From Candidatus Hodarchaeaceae archaeon (GTDB lineage Archaea > Hadarchaeota > Hadarchaeia > Hadarchaeales > Hadarchaeaceae), in the NCBI GenBank assembly GCA_030018135.1, contig JASEGJ010000007.1, positions 1 through 49,409 of the forward strand: a stretch of 49,409 bases of DNA, in the 5' to 3' direction. A program made the translations under genes and the position numbers. Positions 1 through 8,952 of this stretch are shown here, piece by piece (positions within the stretch are counted from its first letter, which is position 1; each line of letters opens with the position of its first letter). The notes below the pieces were generated by a model. That model was not told the DNA's origin. It saw only the letters and a program-made list of their open reading frames with translations, and ran no database searches.

Positions 1-90
1 TGGGACTCCGATGTTTTTAAACTACGGCGTGACTTGTGGGAAATGACTTAAATGTCATGTGATGTTTCGTCGTTACGAGGAGGAAGGGAT

Positions 91-1434
91 TTGGTCGATC
101 TCGTGATAAAAAACGGTTTGATTGTCACGATGGACAAGGAACATCGAATCATCGCCAATGGTTCCGTGGGTGTTGAAGACGGTCGCATTGTATCGATCGG
201 TCGCAGGATTAAGGTCGAAGGCAAGCCAGAAGAAACGATCGACGCAAAGGGCAAGATCGTCATGCCCGGCTTGATTTGCTCGCACACCCACCTCTACCGT
301 GGGTTCCTCCGGGGTGCTCCCCTAAAGATCGAGCCGCCCACGGACTTCTCTCAGATCCTTCAGCGCACATGGTGGCCGATGGACGAAGCGATGACGCGGG
401 AAGATGCATACGCAAGCGCGCTCATTTCATGCCTTGGGTTTGTCAAAACTGGCACGACCTTGTTCGCCGACACCTTCTCCGGCCCAAACGCGATAACGGG
501 TGTGCTTGACCGCATCGCCGCAGCGGTCGAACAGTCGGGCATTCGCGGGATAATTGCCTTCGAGGCCACGGAACGGCGGACACACGCGGAGGGTGCCAAA
601 GGCACCCGTGAGAACGAGCGCTACATCCGCAAGATCAAGAAGGAGCGCACAAGCCGCGTGCGGGGGATGTTCGGCATTCATGCCTCTTTTACCGTTTCCG
701 AGGAACTCCTTCGTTATGTCCGTGAACTTGCAAGCCGCTATAAGGTGCCCATCACCATCCACACATCCGAGGGGCTTGTGGATTTATATCACAACTATGA
801 GCGATTTGGAAGGCGCACCGTCGAACGCCTTTGCGATGCCGGCCTGCTTGGGGCGGACGTTGTATTGGCCCATTGCGTGCAAGTTAACGACGATGAGCTG
901 GACATAATCAAGCGCACTAACACCAAAGTGGCACACAATCCCATGAGCGATATGTTGAACGCGGTAGGCATAGCACCCATCGCCAAGATGCTCTCGATGG
1001 GCATTTCCGTCGGTTTGGGTAATGACGGCTACATCTTCGATGGTTTTGAAAACATTCGGGCGGCCTTTCTATTGCATAAGATTGCGCTTCGAGATCCCCG
1101 TGCGATCTCGCCGATGGAAGCATTGGAAATGGCGACCATCAGGGGCGCGGAGCTTTACGGGCTGGAGAACGAGTTGGGCTCGCTCGAGGCCGGCAAACTC
1201 GCGGATATCATCATCATAGACCCCGCCACCGCACCCACGCCAATAAGACCGGAAAGTGTTGTCGGACACTTGGTAAACACCATCACCGGCAACGATGTCG
1301 AAACCGTAATCGTCGGGGGCACCGCAGTGATGCGCGAGCGCAAGTTATTGACGCTTGATGAGCAAGAAACCGTCAAGGTCGCGCGAAAGGCGGCTGAAAA
1401 ACTCTGGCAAAAACTTGGGGCGATAAGGAGATGA
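91..1434 (+). CDS. Metal-dependent amidohydrolase, MTA/SAH-deaminase/SsnA-like
   Basis: PGLICSHTH (HxH), GIHASFT, IHTSEG, LAHCV, AHNPMSD and GLGNDG motifs. Start placed at TTG 91 after GGAGG; the ORF is open from 52. Confidence 0.85.
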   Translation: MVDLVIKNGLIVTMDKEHRIIANGSVGVEDGRIVSIGRRIKVEGKPEETIDAKGKIVMPGLICSHTHLYRGFLRGAPLKIEPPTDFSQILQRTWWPMDEAMTREDAYASALISCLGFVKTGTTLFADTFSGPNAITGVLDRIAAAVEQSGIRGIIAFEATERRTHAEGAKGTRENERYIRKIKKERTSRVRGMFGIHASFTVSEELLRYVRELASRYKVPITIHTSEGLVDLYHNYERFGRRTVERLCDAGLLGADVVLAHCVQVNDDELDIIKRTNTKVAHNPMSDMLNAVGIAPIAKMLSMGISVGLGNDGYIFDGFENIRAAFLLHKIALRDPRAISPMEALEMATIRGAELYGLENELGSLEAGKLADIIIIDPATAPTPIRPESVVGHLVNTITGNDVETVIVGGTAVMRERKLLTLDEQETVKVARKAAEKLWQKLGAIRR

Positions 1435-1438
1435 TGGC

Positions 1439-2524
1439 TTGGTGAACTTAGCCGTCGAGATTTGTGGGCTTAAGCTTCGAAATCCGGTCATACCTGCCGC
1501 TGGCCCGATGGTGCGAAATGGCGACGCTTTAGCCGTTGCCGCTAAGGAGGGCGCAGGCGCCCTAGTGACGAAGACCATTAGTGTCACCCAGGCCGTGGTG
1601 CCTCGCCCGTGCATCGCCAAGGTCAAGGAGGGCCTTCTAAACGCGGAGTATGGGTCGGACCTAGCGCCTGAGAAATGGCTGAACGTGGAGCTTGTAAAAG
1701 CGAAAAGGACGGGGTTGCCCCTGATAGCTAGCGTGGGTTACAAACCTGCTGAGATCTCCGAACTTGCCCCAAAGCTTGAGGCGGCTGGCGTGGATGCGCT
1801 CGAGCTCTCGACCCACTACCTCGCTGACACAAGTTCCTTGATCGAGGTCACGAAGACCGCGAAGGAAAAAGTCGATATCCCCGTTTTCGTCAAGCTCAGC
1901 CCAAATACACTCGATATAATCGGGTCCGCCCGCGCCGCTGAGGGAGCTGGAGCTGACGGACTAGTGGCCATCAACACGCTTGGCCCATGCATGGCCATCG
2001 ACATCGAGACCGCTCGCCCAATTTTAGGTAGCTCCGGCGGTTATGGTTGGTTGTCCGGCCCCGCGATCAAGCCGCTTGCGTTGCGCTGTGTCGCGGATAT
2101 CTGCCGGGCGGTGCACATACCAGTGATAGGCGTTGGAGGCATATCCGACGGCAGGGATGCGGTCGAGTTCATCATGGCCGGCGCAACTGCCGTGCAGGTG
2201 TGCACGGCGGCGATCGTGCGTGGGCCCAAGATTTACGCACTAATAGCCGACGAGATCGCGCGATTCATGCGCGTGAAGGGTTACAATTCAATCGAGGATT
2301 TTAAGGGCATCGCGCTCAGGCACCTGCCCGAGCAGCCGCTGCGCACGAGGGCCAAGCCGCCGGAACTCATCCAGAGCAAGTGCACGAGCTGCGGGCTGTG
2401 CGAGAAGTACTGCATTTATGGTGCGATTAGAATAATAGGCAAAATCCCGAAAATTGATCCTGGCAGGTGTTATGGCTGCGGGCTATGTGCCACAGTATGC
2501 CCCACTCGAGCATTACTTTTTTAG
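1439..2524 (+). CDS. Dihydroorotate/dihydropyrimidine dehydrogenase-family FMN protein with C-terminal 2x[4Fe-4S] domain
   Basis: NPVIPAAGP, VTKT, VKLSPN, AINT, GWLSGPAIKP and GVGGI motifs; two CxxCxxCxxxC motifs at the C-terminus. Lacks the canonical NxSCP. Confidence 0.8.
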   Translation: MVNLAVEICGLKLRNPVIPAAGPMVRNGDALAVAAKEGAGALVTKTISVTQAVVPRPCIAKVKEGLLNAEYGSDLAPEKWLNVELVKAKRTGLPLIASVGYKPAEISELAPKLEAAGVDALELSTHYLADTSSLIEVTKTAKEKVDIPVFVKLSPNTLDIIGSARAAEGAGADGLVAINTLGPCMAIDIETARPILGSSGGYGWLSGPAIKPLALRCVADICRAVHIPVIGVGGISDGRDAVEFIMAGATAVQVCTAAIVRGPKIYALIADEIARFMRVKGYNSIEDFKGIALRHLPEQPLRTRAKPPELIQSKCTSCGLCEKYCIYGAIRIIGKIPKIDPGRCYGCGLCATVCPTRALLF

Positions 2525-2526
2525 CG

Positions 2527-3873
2527 TTAGAAACGTTCCCAGAGCTTCGAGGCGAGCTCCGAGGACTTCTGGGCAATAGCTGCTTCGTCCAAGCCAACCA
2601 GTTTTCGGTTCTGCATCAGCACCTTGCCGTTAACTATCGTGGTGTCCACGACGGCGTTTGATATCCCAAATAAAAGATGTCCAAGGAAGTTATCGGCGCT
2701 GAGGGGCGTCGGCGGCAAGTAGTCGACCAAGATCAGGTCCGCATAGGCGCCCGGCGATAACCTCCCCAGCGGCCTTGAGAAGAAGTTTTGCGCGATTTTA
2801 GGATTGTTGACGAAGCACATCTTCAGGACCTCGCCGTAGCCCACCCGCGGGTCCCCCTTGATCAGTTTGTGCAAGATGTTGGCGACCCTCAGCTCGGCAA
2901 ACATGTTAGACGTGAACCCATCCGTTCCTAACCCGACTGTAATGCCCTTTCCGATCATCTCAATTACCGGCGCGCATCCGACCGCATTGCCCATGTTGGA
3001 CTCTGGGTTATGGACGACATTTGTGCCTGTACGCTCGAGGATGTCCATCTCGTGGGCGTCGACATGAACGCAGTGCGCGGCTATCGTCTTGGGCCCGAGG
3101 ATCCCAAGGTCGTTTAACCTTTCGACGACCCTCTTCTTGTATTTCTTCAGGCTGTTATCGACATCCGCCTTGTCCTCCGCCACGTGCACATGAAAACCGA
3201 CACCCAGCTTTTTGGCAACCTCCGCGCACTTAGCCAGGGTCTCATCGGACAAAGTAAGGGAGGCGTGAAGCCCGAAGGTGCCGCTGATGAGCTCATTTCT
3301 TTCTCTCTGACAGAGCCTGATGAACCTCTCGTTCTCCTCGATTCCAGCCTTGGCTACGTCTGGGCCATCCCGATCGGATGTCTCATAGCAAAGGCAACCT
3401 CTGATGCCGGTCTCGCGCAGGGCCTTTGCGATTGAATCGAGGCTCCCTCCGCACGCGAAGGGGCTGGCGTGGTGATCGACGATGGTCGTCGCTCCAGATT
3501 TGATGCAGTCCATCAACGGTATCAGCGCACTGTAGTACACGTCGTCTTGCGTCAAAGCTTTGTCGAGCCTCCACCAAAGGCGCTCCAATATCTCCACGAA
3601 GTTCGAGGGGGGCTCGTCCTTCAGCGCCACGCCGCGGGCGAAGGTGCTGTAGAGGTGCATGTGGGTGTTGATCATTCCTGGCATTATCACCTTTCCTGTA
3701 GCATCGATGAATTGATCGATTTTATGTCTTTTCCTAAGCTCCGCGGTTATACCCAGATCTTTAATGACGTTGCCCTCGATCAGGACCGCCCCGTTTTTAA
3801 TCACCCTATTTTTCTCGCCCAATGTGATCAGCGTTCCATTTCCAACCAAGGTTGTTTCCTTCATCAAGATCAA
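2527..3873 (-). CDS. ssnA: SsnA-like aminohydrolase
   Basis: PGMINTHMHLYSTFARG, LWWRLDKAL, DHHASP, CYETSDRDG, GLHASLTLSDETL, HVHVAE and HNPESNMGNAVG are typical of the SsnA family. Confidence 0.8.
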   Translation of the reverse strand: MILMKETTLVGNGTLITLGEKNRVIKNGAVLIEGNVIKDLGITAELRKRHKIDQFIDATGKVIMPGMINTHMHLYSTFARGVALKDEPPSNFVEILERLWWRLDKALTQDDVYYSALIPLMDCIKSGATTIVDHHASPFACGGSLDSIAKALRETGIRGCLCYETSDRDGPDVAKAGIEENERFIRLCQRERNELISGTFGLHASLTLSDETLAKCAEVAKKLGVGFHVHVAEDKADVDNSLKKYKKRVVERLNDLGILGPKTIAAHCVHVDAHEMDILERTGTNVVHNPESNMGNAVGCAPVIEMIGKGITVGLGTDGFTSNMFAELRVANILHKLIKGDPRVGYGEVLKMCFVNNPKIAQNFFSRPLGRLSPGAYADLILVDYLPPTPLSADNFLGHLLFGISNAVVDTTIVNGKVLMQNRKLVGLDEAAIAQKSSELASKLWERF

Positions 3874-3909
3874 CCTCCCCTCAAAGGAGGAGCGGCAAGA
3901 GCATTTTGC

Positions 3910-5121
3910 TCATCCCTTCTCAACCCTTTTCCAAGTTATGCAATCCCAAACGGGGCAGACTGTAACGCAAAGCCCGCACCCCACACATTTCTCCTCGTCT
4001 ATCACCGGCAACCTTTCCTCATCGAGCTCAATCGCTTGATGCCCGCCGTCTCGGCAGGCGATATAACAAAGGTCGTCCTTGACGCAAGTTTTTCTGTTTA
4101 CCTGAGCAACGACCTTGTAGTCGCGTGGAAGTTCTGGGTGCATAACTATCTTGGGAAGCGCCAATCCAATCAACTTGGAAACGCTGCTCATTCCTTTGTC
4201 TTGGAGGTAATCGGTGATGCCGTCCTTCAGGTCGTCGATTATCCTATATCCATTGCGCATGACTGCAGTACAAAATTGTACGTTCCCAGCTCCAACCAGC
4301 ATGAACTCCACTGCGTCTTGCCAAGTCATTGCCCCTCCGGTTCCGGAGATTGGAATTCCGACGTGCTTTGCGAGCTCGGCGATGACGCGCAAGGTGATGG
4401 GCTTGATCGCCGCCCCGGAGTAACCGCTGTAAGTGGATTTTCCGTCGACGGAGGGATGAGGCTCAAATGAGTTTATGTCAATCCCCATTAGGGCGGGGAT
4501 CGTATTGCTGGCAGTGATGCCATCCGCACCGCTCTCCTTAACAGCCCGCCCAATCTCGACTATATCAGCCACCTGCGGGGTGATTTTGATAAATATGGGA
4601 ACTCTCTTTGCAGCGGCTTTCACCCAGCTTGCTACCTCTCTCGTCAATTTAGGATCCTGTGCGACCATAGCACCTGGCTTCTCCCCCATAGATCCCTGGG
4701 GGCACGAAAAACTGCACTCTATCAAATCTACTCCGGCTGCTTCTAAGCGCCGAACGAGAGTCTGCCAATCTTCCTTCCTGGCCCCCATGATGCTGGCGCC
4801 CACGACGTAGTCTGGGAACTCACTCTTTAGCTCTGCCACCCTTCCCTCGACCTCGTCGATGTGGTGCTCGGAAATCAGATCGATGTTTCCGAGCCCAATC
4901 ACCTTTTTGTCCTCAAAATCCAACCCCGCAATCATGGGATAAACTAGTTCCACCACCTCGCTCTCAACGGAGGTCGTCTTGAGTATAGCCCCGGCCCAGC
5001 CAGCTTCAAATGCGCGCTTAACCATTTCCACGTCATCCGTGGGCGGCCCGGCGGATAGCACAAATGGGTTTGAAAATTTTACCCCACACAGCTCAACTGA
5101 GAGATCTATTTTACCTGTCAC
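3910..5121 (-). CDS. preA: NAD-dependent dihydropyrimidine dehydrogenase subunit PreA-like
   Basis: NPFVLSAGPPT, GWAGAILKT, GLGNIDLISE, FSCPQG, KITPQ, GYSGAAIKPI and a C-terminal ferredoxin domain. GTG start at 5121 follows GGAGGTG. Confidence 0.85.
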   Translation of the reverse strand: MTGKIDLSVELCGVKFSNPFVLSAGPPTDDVEMVKRAFEAGWAGAILKTTSVESEVVELVYPMIAGLDFEDKKVIGLGNIDLISEHHIDEVEGRVAELKSEFPDYVVGASIMGARKEDWQTLVRRLEAAGVDLIECSFSCPQGSMGEKPGAMVAQDPKLTREVASWVKAAAKRVPIFIKITPQVADIVEIGRAVKESGADGITASNTIPALMGIDINSFEPHPSVDGKSTYSGYSGAAIKPITLRVIAELAKHVGIPISGTGGAMTWQDAVEFMLVGAGNVQFCTAVMRNGYRIIDDLKDGITDYLQDKGMSSVSKLIGLALPKIVMHPELPRDYKVVAQVNRKTCVKDDLCYIACRDGGHQAIELDEERLPVIDEEKCVGCGLCVTVCPVWDCITWKRVEKG

Positions 5122-5144
5122 CGTTCCACCTCCCATTGATGGAC

Positions 5145-6530
5145 TCACTTTTCACCCTTAATAGATTTTAGGTAATTATTTATGTTTTCGGCGGCCTTTT
5201 TCCCCTCAGCTACAGCTTGAACAACCGTATCTCCACCATTAACGATATCTCCGCCGGCAAACACGCCCTCACGGGATGTCATGTAGGTTTCCTCATCGAC
5301 GACGATCAAGCCCGGCCCCCGCGTTTTTAAACCGAGGATTTGGATTAAATGGGGGTCGGGCCCCTGACCGATGGCTTCAACGACCGTATCCACTTCCAAA
5401 GAAAATTCGGTGCCTTCGATGGGAACAGCATTGGATGGTGAAAAATTATTTGGCTCCTTCCACCTTATCTTAACGCCCTCGAAGCCCTTCACTTTACCTT
5501 TTTCGTCTCCAAGTATCCTCAAGGGTTTGGACCTCGTATGAAACTCGACCCCCTCTTCTTTTGCGAACTCGATTTCAGATGGAAATGCTGGCATCTCCTC
5601 GAACGATTCAAGACAAACAACGTGGACCTTTTCGGCTCCTAGTCTTAGAAGACAACAAGCGGCGTCCATGGCTACATTGCCGCCACCGATGACGAGCGCC
5701 CTCTTTCCCACCCTCAGTGGGAATTCCCTCGCAGGCGATTCGGATTGATGAATATTTACCTGAGATAACAGCTCTAGGGCCGAGCAAACACCTTCAAGGT
5801 TCTCCCCAGGTATCCGGACGAAGTATGGCCTCCAAAGCCCCGTGCCGATAAAAATCGCGTCAAAACCTTGGCTAAACAAGGTGTCTAAGTTAAGTTTTTC
5901 GTCAAGAGGAGCACCAGTCTTTATTTTTACGTCTAGTTGTTTGATGTAATCAATTTCCGCCATCGCCACCGCTTTCGGGAGCCGATATGGGGGAATCCCA
6001 TATGTCATCATGCCGCCCGGTAACTGTTTGGCTTCGAAAATGGTCACCTCGTGACCGGCTTTGGCCAACTCGGTAGCTGCAGCGAGGCCTGCTGGACCGG
6101 ATCCAATTACGGCGACTTTTTTCCCGGTCGGTTCCGCCCTCTTGAACGGCTCGATCCCCTTTGGCGCTTCGATATCGATCGCGAAACGGTGTAGAGCGCG
6201 GATATTTATGGGCTCAACGAGCTCGGTGGCACTACAGGCTTTTTCACAAAGTTTTTCAGATGGGCATACTCGTCCACAAGTACCGGATAAAATATTGCTC
6301 ATCCTTATTATCCGAGCAGCGGCGCGAAAGTTCTTGGTCTTGATTCGCCGGATAAACCCGACCACATCTATGCCGGCAGGACAATTCTTGTTGCAGGGTG
6401 CATCGTGGCAAAAGAGACACCTTGCGGACTCCGCTATTGCCTGATGTGGGGGATAGGTGCCTTCGACCTCATCAAAACTCTTGATGCGCTCCTCCGGCGG
6501 CAATATTGGAGCCCTCTGTCGTTCGGCCAT
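5145..6530 (-). CDS. preT: Dihydropyrimidine dehydrogenase subunit PreT / GltD-like FAD-FeS oxidoreductase
   Basis: RCLFCHDAPCNKNCP, CGRVCP, two Rossmann motifs (GSGPAG, GGGNVAMD) and GVFAGGD; directly upstream of preA. Confidence 0.85.
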   Translation of the reverse strand: MAERQRAPILPPEERIKSFDEVEGTYPPHQAIAESARCLFCHDAPCNKNCPAGIDVVGFIRRIKTKNFRAAARIIRMSNILSGTCGRVCPSEKLCEKACSATELVEPINIRALHRFAIDIEAPKGIEPFKRAEPTGKKVAVIGSGPAGLAAATELAKAGHEVTIFEAKQLPGGMMTYGIPPYRLPKAVAMAEIDYIKQLDVKIKTGAPLDEKLNLDTLFSQGFDAIFIGTGLWRPYFVRIPGENLEGVCSALELLSQVNIHQSESPAREFPLRVGKRALVIGGGNVAMDAACCLLRLGAEKVHVVCLESFEEMPAFPSEIEFAKEEGVEFHTRSKPLRILGDEKGKVKGFEGVKIRWKEPNNFSPSNAVPIEGTEFSLEVDTVVEAIGQGPDPHLIQILGLKTRGPGLIVVDEETYMTSREGVFAGGDIVNGGDTVVQAVAEGKKAAENINNYLKSIKGEK

Positions 6531-6722
6531 TTTTTTCCACCACTCAGCAAATGCGCTATTTTTTAAAGGTTATATGTTATTAAAAATTTTCCAACAAGGC
6601 GGTTATCAAATAGATCTTCGCGGGCAAGAACAATAATTTCGGAGGATCAAAAATTGGTTTAGATTTAGTCAAGCTAAAGAGAACCTTAAATGTTAGTGCG
6701 GTTAAATGTCAGCGGTGTTCGG

Positions 6723-7295
6723 ATGTGGCAAGAAGCGTTCCTTGTGCTCGTGATCCTCGCTTTGCTCGCTTGGGCACTTTTCTCAGGTGGTGGAACATTT
6801 AGAACACGCAGGATTAAGGCGGAAATTAATGGCCTACGCGAGGAACTCGCTAAGATGCGAAGCATCAACGAGGCCCTTCGTGACCGTCTCGATTCGGAGC
6901 AGGACGAGAAGGCAAGATCGCTTGTTGACATTTGTGAGCTGGCGCGGGATCTTGAAATCCTCAGATCTGCAACTGCTGGCTCGACCACATGTCAGAGGGA
7001 GCTTGCAGAGAAATACGACATTCAGCCAAGCCCCGAGCTTATCGATCGAATATTGGCGACAAAACCGAAAATCGACCCGGCAACAAAGAAAAAGCTTGCG
7101 CACGAACTACTCGTCGGAGGGGTTGGCAGGGTGATCCTCCGTGGTTTAGATGCTGGTGGATCCATCGAGCGGGCCGCCGGAAATGCGGGTGTCCCTGTGG
7201 TCATCGCCAGGGATCAGGTCAAAAGATTGCGAGTCTTGGGCTACCTTAACGATAGGCTGAAGCCCACGGAACGTGGACGAGAAGCATTAGCCTAG
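6723..7295 (+). CDS. Hypothetical protein: N-terminal membrane anchor, coiled coil, possible C-terminal winged helix
   Basis: Hydrophobic AFLVLVILALLAWALF, a heptad-like segment, and C-terminal ...VKRLRVLGYLNDRLKPTERGREAL. Confidence 0.6.
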   Translation: MWQEAFLVLVILALLAWALFSGGGTFRTRRIKAEINGLREELAKMRSINEALRDRLDSEQDEKARSLVDICELARDLEILRSATAGSTTCQRELAEKYDIQPSPELIDRILATKPKIDPATKKKLAHELLVGGVGRVILRGLDAGGSIERAAGNAGVPVVIARDQVKRLRVLGYLNDRLKPTERGREALA

Positions 7296-8561
7296 CACTT
7301 TTTCAGCGGCGCGCCTTACCTCCCCAACCTGTTCCCTTGCGGAAACGACGCGTAACTGGTAGCGAGGTGCGTGCCGCTTTTTTAGTGCCTCCGCAATAGT
7401 CGAGAGCTTTGAGAGCTCGATGAGCTTGCCATCGGCCAACACTGGCACTTCGACCTTCTCAAGGCGGGGCTCAGATAGCAAGATATCGACGATTGGAACG
7501 TCTAAAATTACATAACCGCGTGGGACACCCGCCTCGTCGGCAATCTCATTTTGTAGGTCCCTGATGCGATGCCACTCACCGTAGGTCTTGATGAGGCGCC
7601 TCCTTTCAACAGGGGTTATCTCGCGCCTTTCCTCGACGTAGGCGGTCTTAAAAAGCCGCCTATAGCGCAGCCTCATTACTATCTCGTGCGGATAACCAGG
7701 CATCGCGTGGAGCCTTTCGGCCAGATCTGCGTCGGTAAGGCGATAGAAGTTGTTCCTGGTTATACTTCCGCCCTGCTCGATGGCGAACTCCACCGCGTTT
7801 GCGAGCATCATCTCAGCTATGCGGACGGTATGATGGAAGTAAACGGAGGTGAACATGAGCGCGCGGGCGGTAAGCAACCCCTCAACCGCTTCAATGCCCT
7901 TGCTCGCGATTGCCAGACGATTTTTGTGCACGATAAGTGTGCGCATTAGACGGTCGACATCAATCATGCCGAGCGCAACTCCCGTGGAGTGGGCATCCCG
8001 CATCAAATAATCCATTTGATCGACATCGATGTCTCCGTGGATGATTTGGCCAAGGTGGGGGACGCGGTGCTTTCCAAGCAGGAGACGAGCAAGCTCATTG
8101 GCGTCGACACCTCGCCTAGAAAGCACATCTGCGGCCATGGGCACCTTCATCCGTTTAAGTTCCGCAAGTTCGCTTGGTCCGCAAATGCTCGTTTTTCCTT
8201 GGAGGATGTCTCCCACTAGCTCCATATGATCCTTGCCTAGATACTCCTTCATCAAGTACTCAAGCGTATGCGAGTAAGGTGGATGCCCGACATCATGGAG
8301 CATCGCTGCTGCCAGCAGGAGGTCAAGTTTCTCTTCTGAAAGCTCGAGCTCATGTCCCAAGCGCTCCACGAGGTGGGCGACGCCCAGTGCGTGTTCGAAA
8401 CGTGTGTGATTTGCTCCGGGAAAGACGAGATTTGCCAAGCCGAGTTGCCTGATGCCCCTGAGGCGTTGAACCTCGGGGGTATCGACGAGCTCCAGCACGA
8501 TGCCGCTCAGGCGCATGCTGCCATGCACCGGGTCGTGGATGATCTTTTCCTCTGTCAGCAA
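7287..8561 (-). CDS. HD-domain phosphohydrolase (dNTP triphosphohydrolase/SAMHD1-like)
   Basis: IHDPVHG, QRLRGIRQLG, HTRFEHALG, LHDVGHPPYSH, DVDQMDYLMRD and VYFHH motifs. Confidence 0.9.
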   Translation of the reverse strand: MLTEEKIIHDPVHGSMRLSGIVLELVDTPEVQRLRGIRQLGLANLVFPGANHTRFEHALGVAHLVERLGHELELSEEKLDLLLAAAMLHDVGHPPYSHTLEYLMKEYLGKDHMELVGDILQGKTSICGPSELAELKRMKVPMAADVLSRRGVDANELARLLLGKHRVPHLGQIIHGDIDVDQMDYLMRDAHSTGVALGMIDVDRLMRTLIVHKNRLAIASKGIEAVEGLLTARALMFTSVYFHHTVRIAEMMLANAVEFAIEQGGSITRNNFYRLTDADLAERLHAMPGYPHEIVMRLRYRRLFKTAYVEERREITPVERRRLIKTYGEWHRIRDLQNEIADEAGVPRGYVILDVPIVDILLSEPRLEKVEVPVLADGKLIELSKLSTIAEALKKRHAPRYQLRVVSAREQVGEVRRAAEKVLG

Positions 8562-8852
8562 TCAACCGCCCCCAACCGGTGGAAATATCGCCACAGAATC
8601 GCCATCGTTAAGCTTGGCCCTTAGATCGACGCCATGTCCATTCAGCAGGATTTTGATGTAGGGTCTGATCTTTTTTTTGTTAGGAAGGAAAAGCTCATCT
8701 TCAAATCTGACGCCGTAGCGCTTAGTGAGTTCGTTTAACAAGTCACCCACGGTCGCGCGCGCCGATATGTCAATAATCAACTCGCGCCCTCCAATGATAT
8801 CTTGGAAAATGCCCCAAGGTTTGACCTTTATCTTCATATTTTTCCCCACCAT
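8562..8852 (-). CDS. MoaD/ThiS-family ubiquitin-like sulfur carrier (SAMP-like)
   Basis: Beta-grasp size with C-terminal LNDGDSVAIFPPVGGG; alternative start at 8837. Confidence 0.9.
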   Translation of the reverse strand: MVGKNMKIKVKPWGIFQDIIGGRELIIDISARATVGDLLNELTKRYGVRFEDELFLPNKKKIRPYIKILLNGHGVDLRAKLNDGDSVAIFPPVGGG

Positions 8853-8952
8853 CGTTGGTAATAATTTCGATTTAATGCTTTGTATTTCATGCGCATTTTT
8901 ACTTAGCTTAAAAGAAATGCCTTTTCAATCTGAACCATGTCAGACGCTGAGT

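Noticed and set aside
3469-4470. 333-aa plus-strand ORF and many other long overlapping ORFs (e.g. 34555-35541, 33369-34100, 9149-9826)
   Set aside because: They are antisense shadows of well-supported genes in GC-rich DNA and carry no recognisable motifs.
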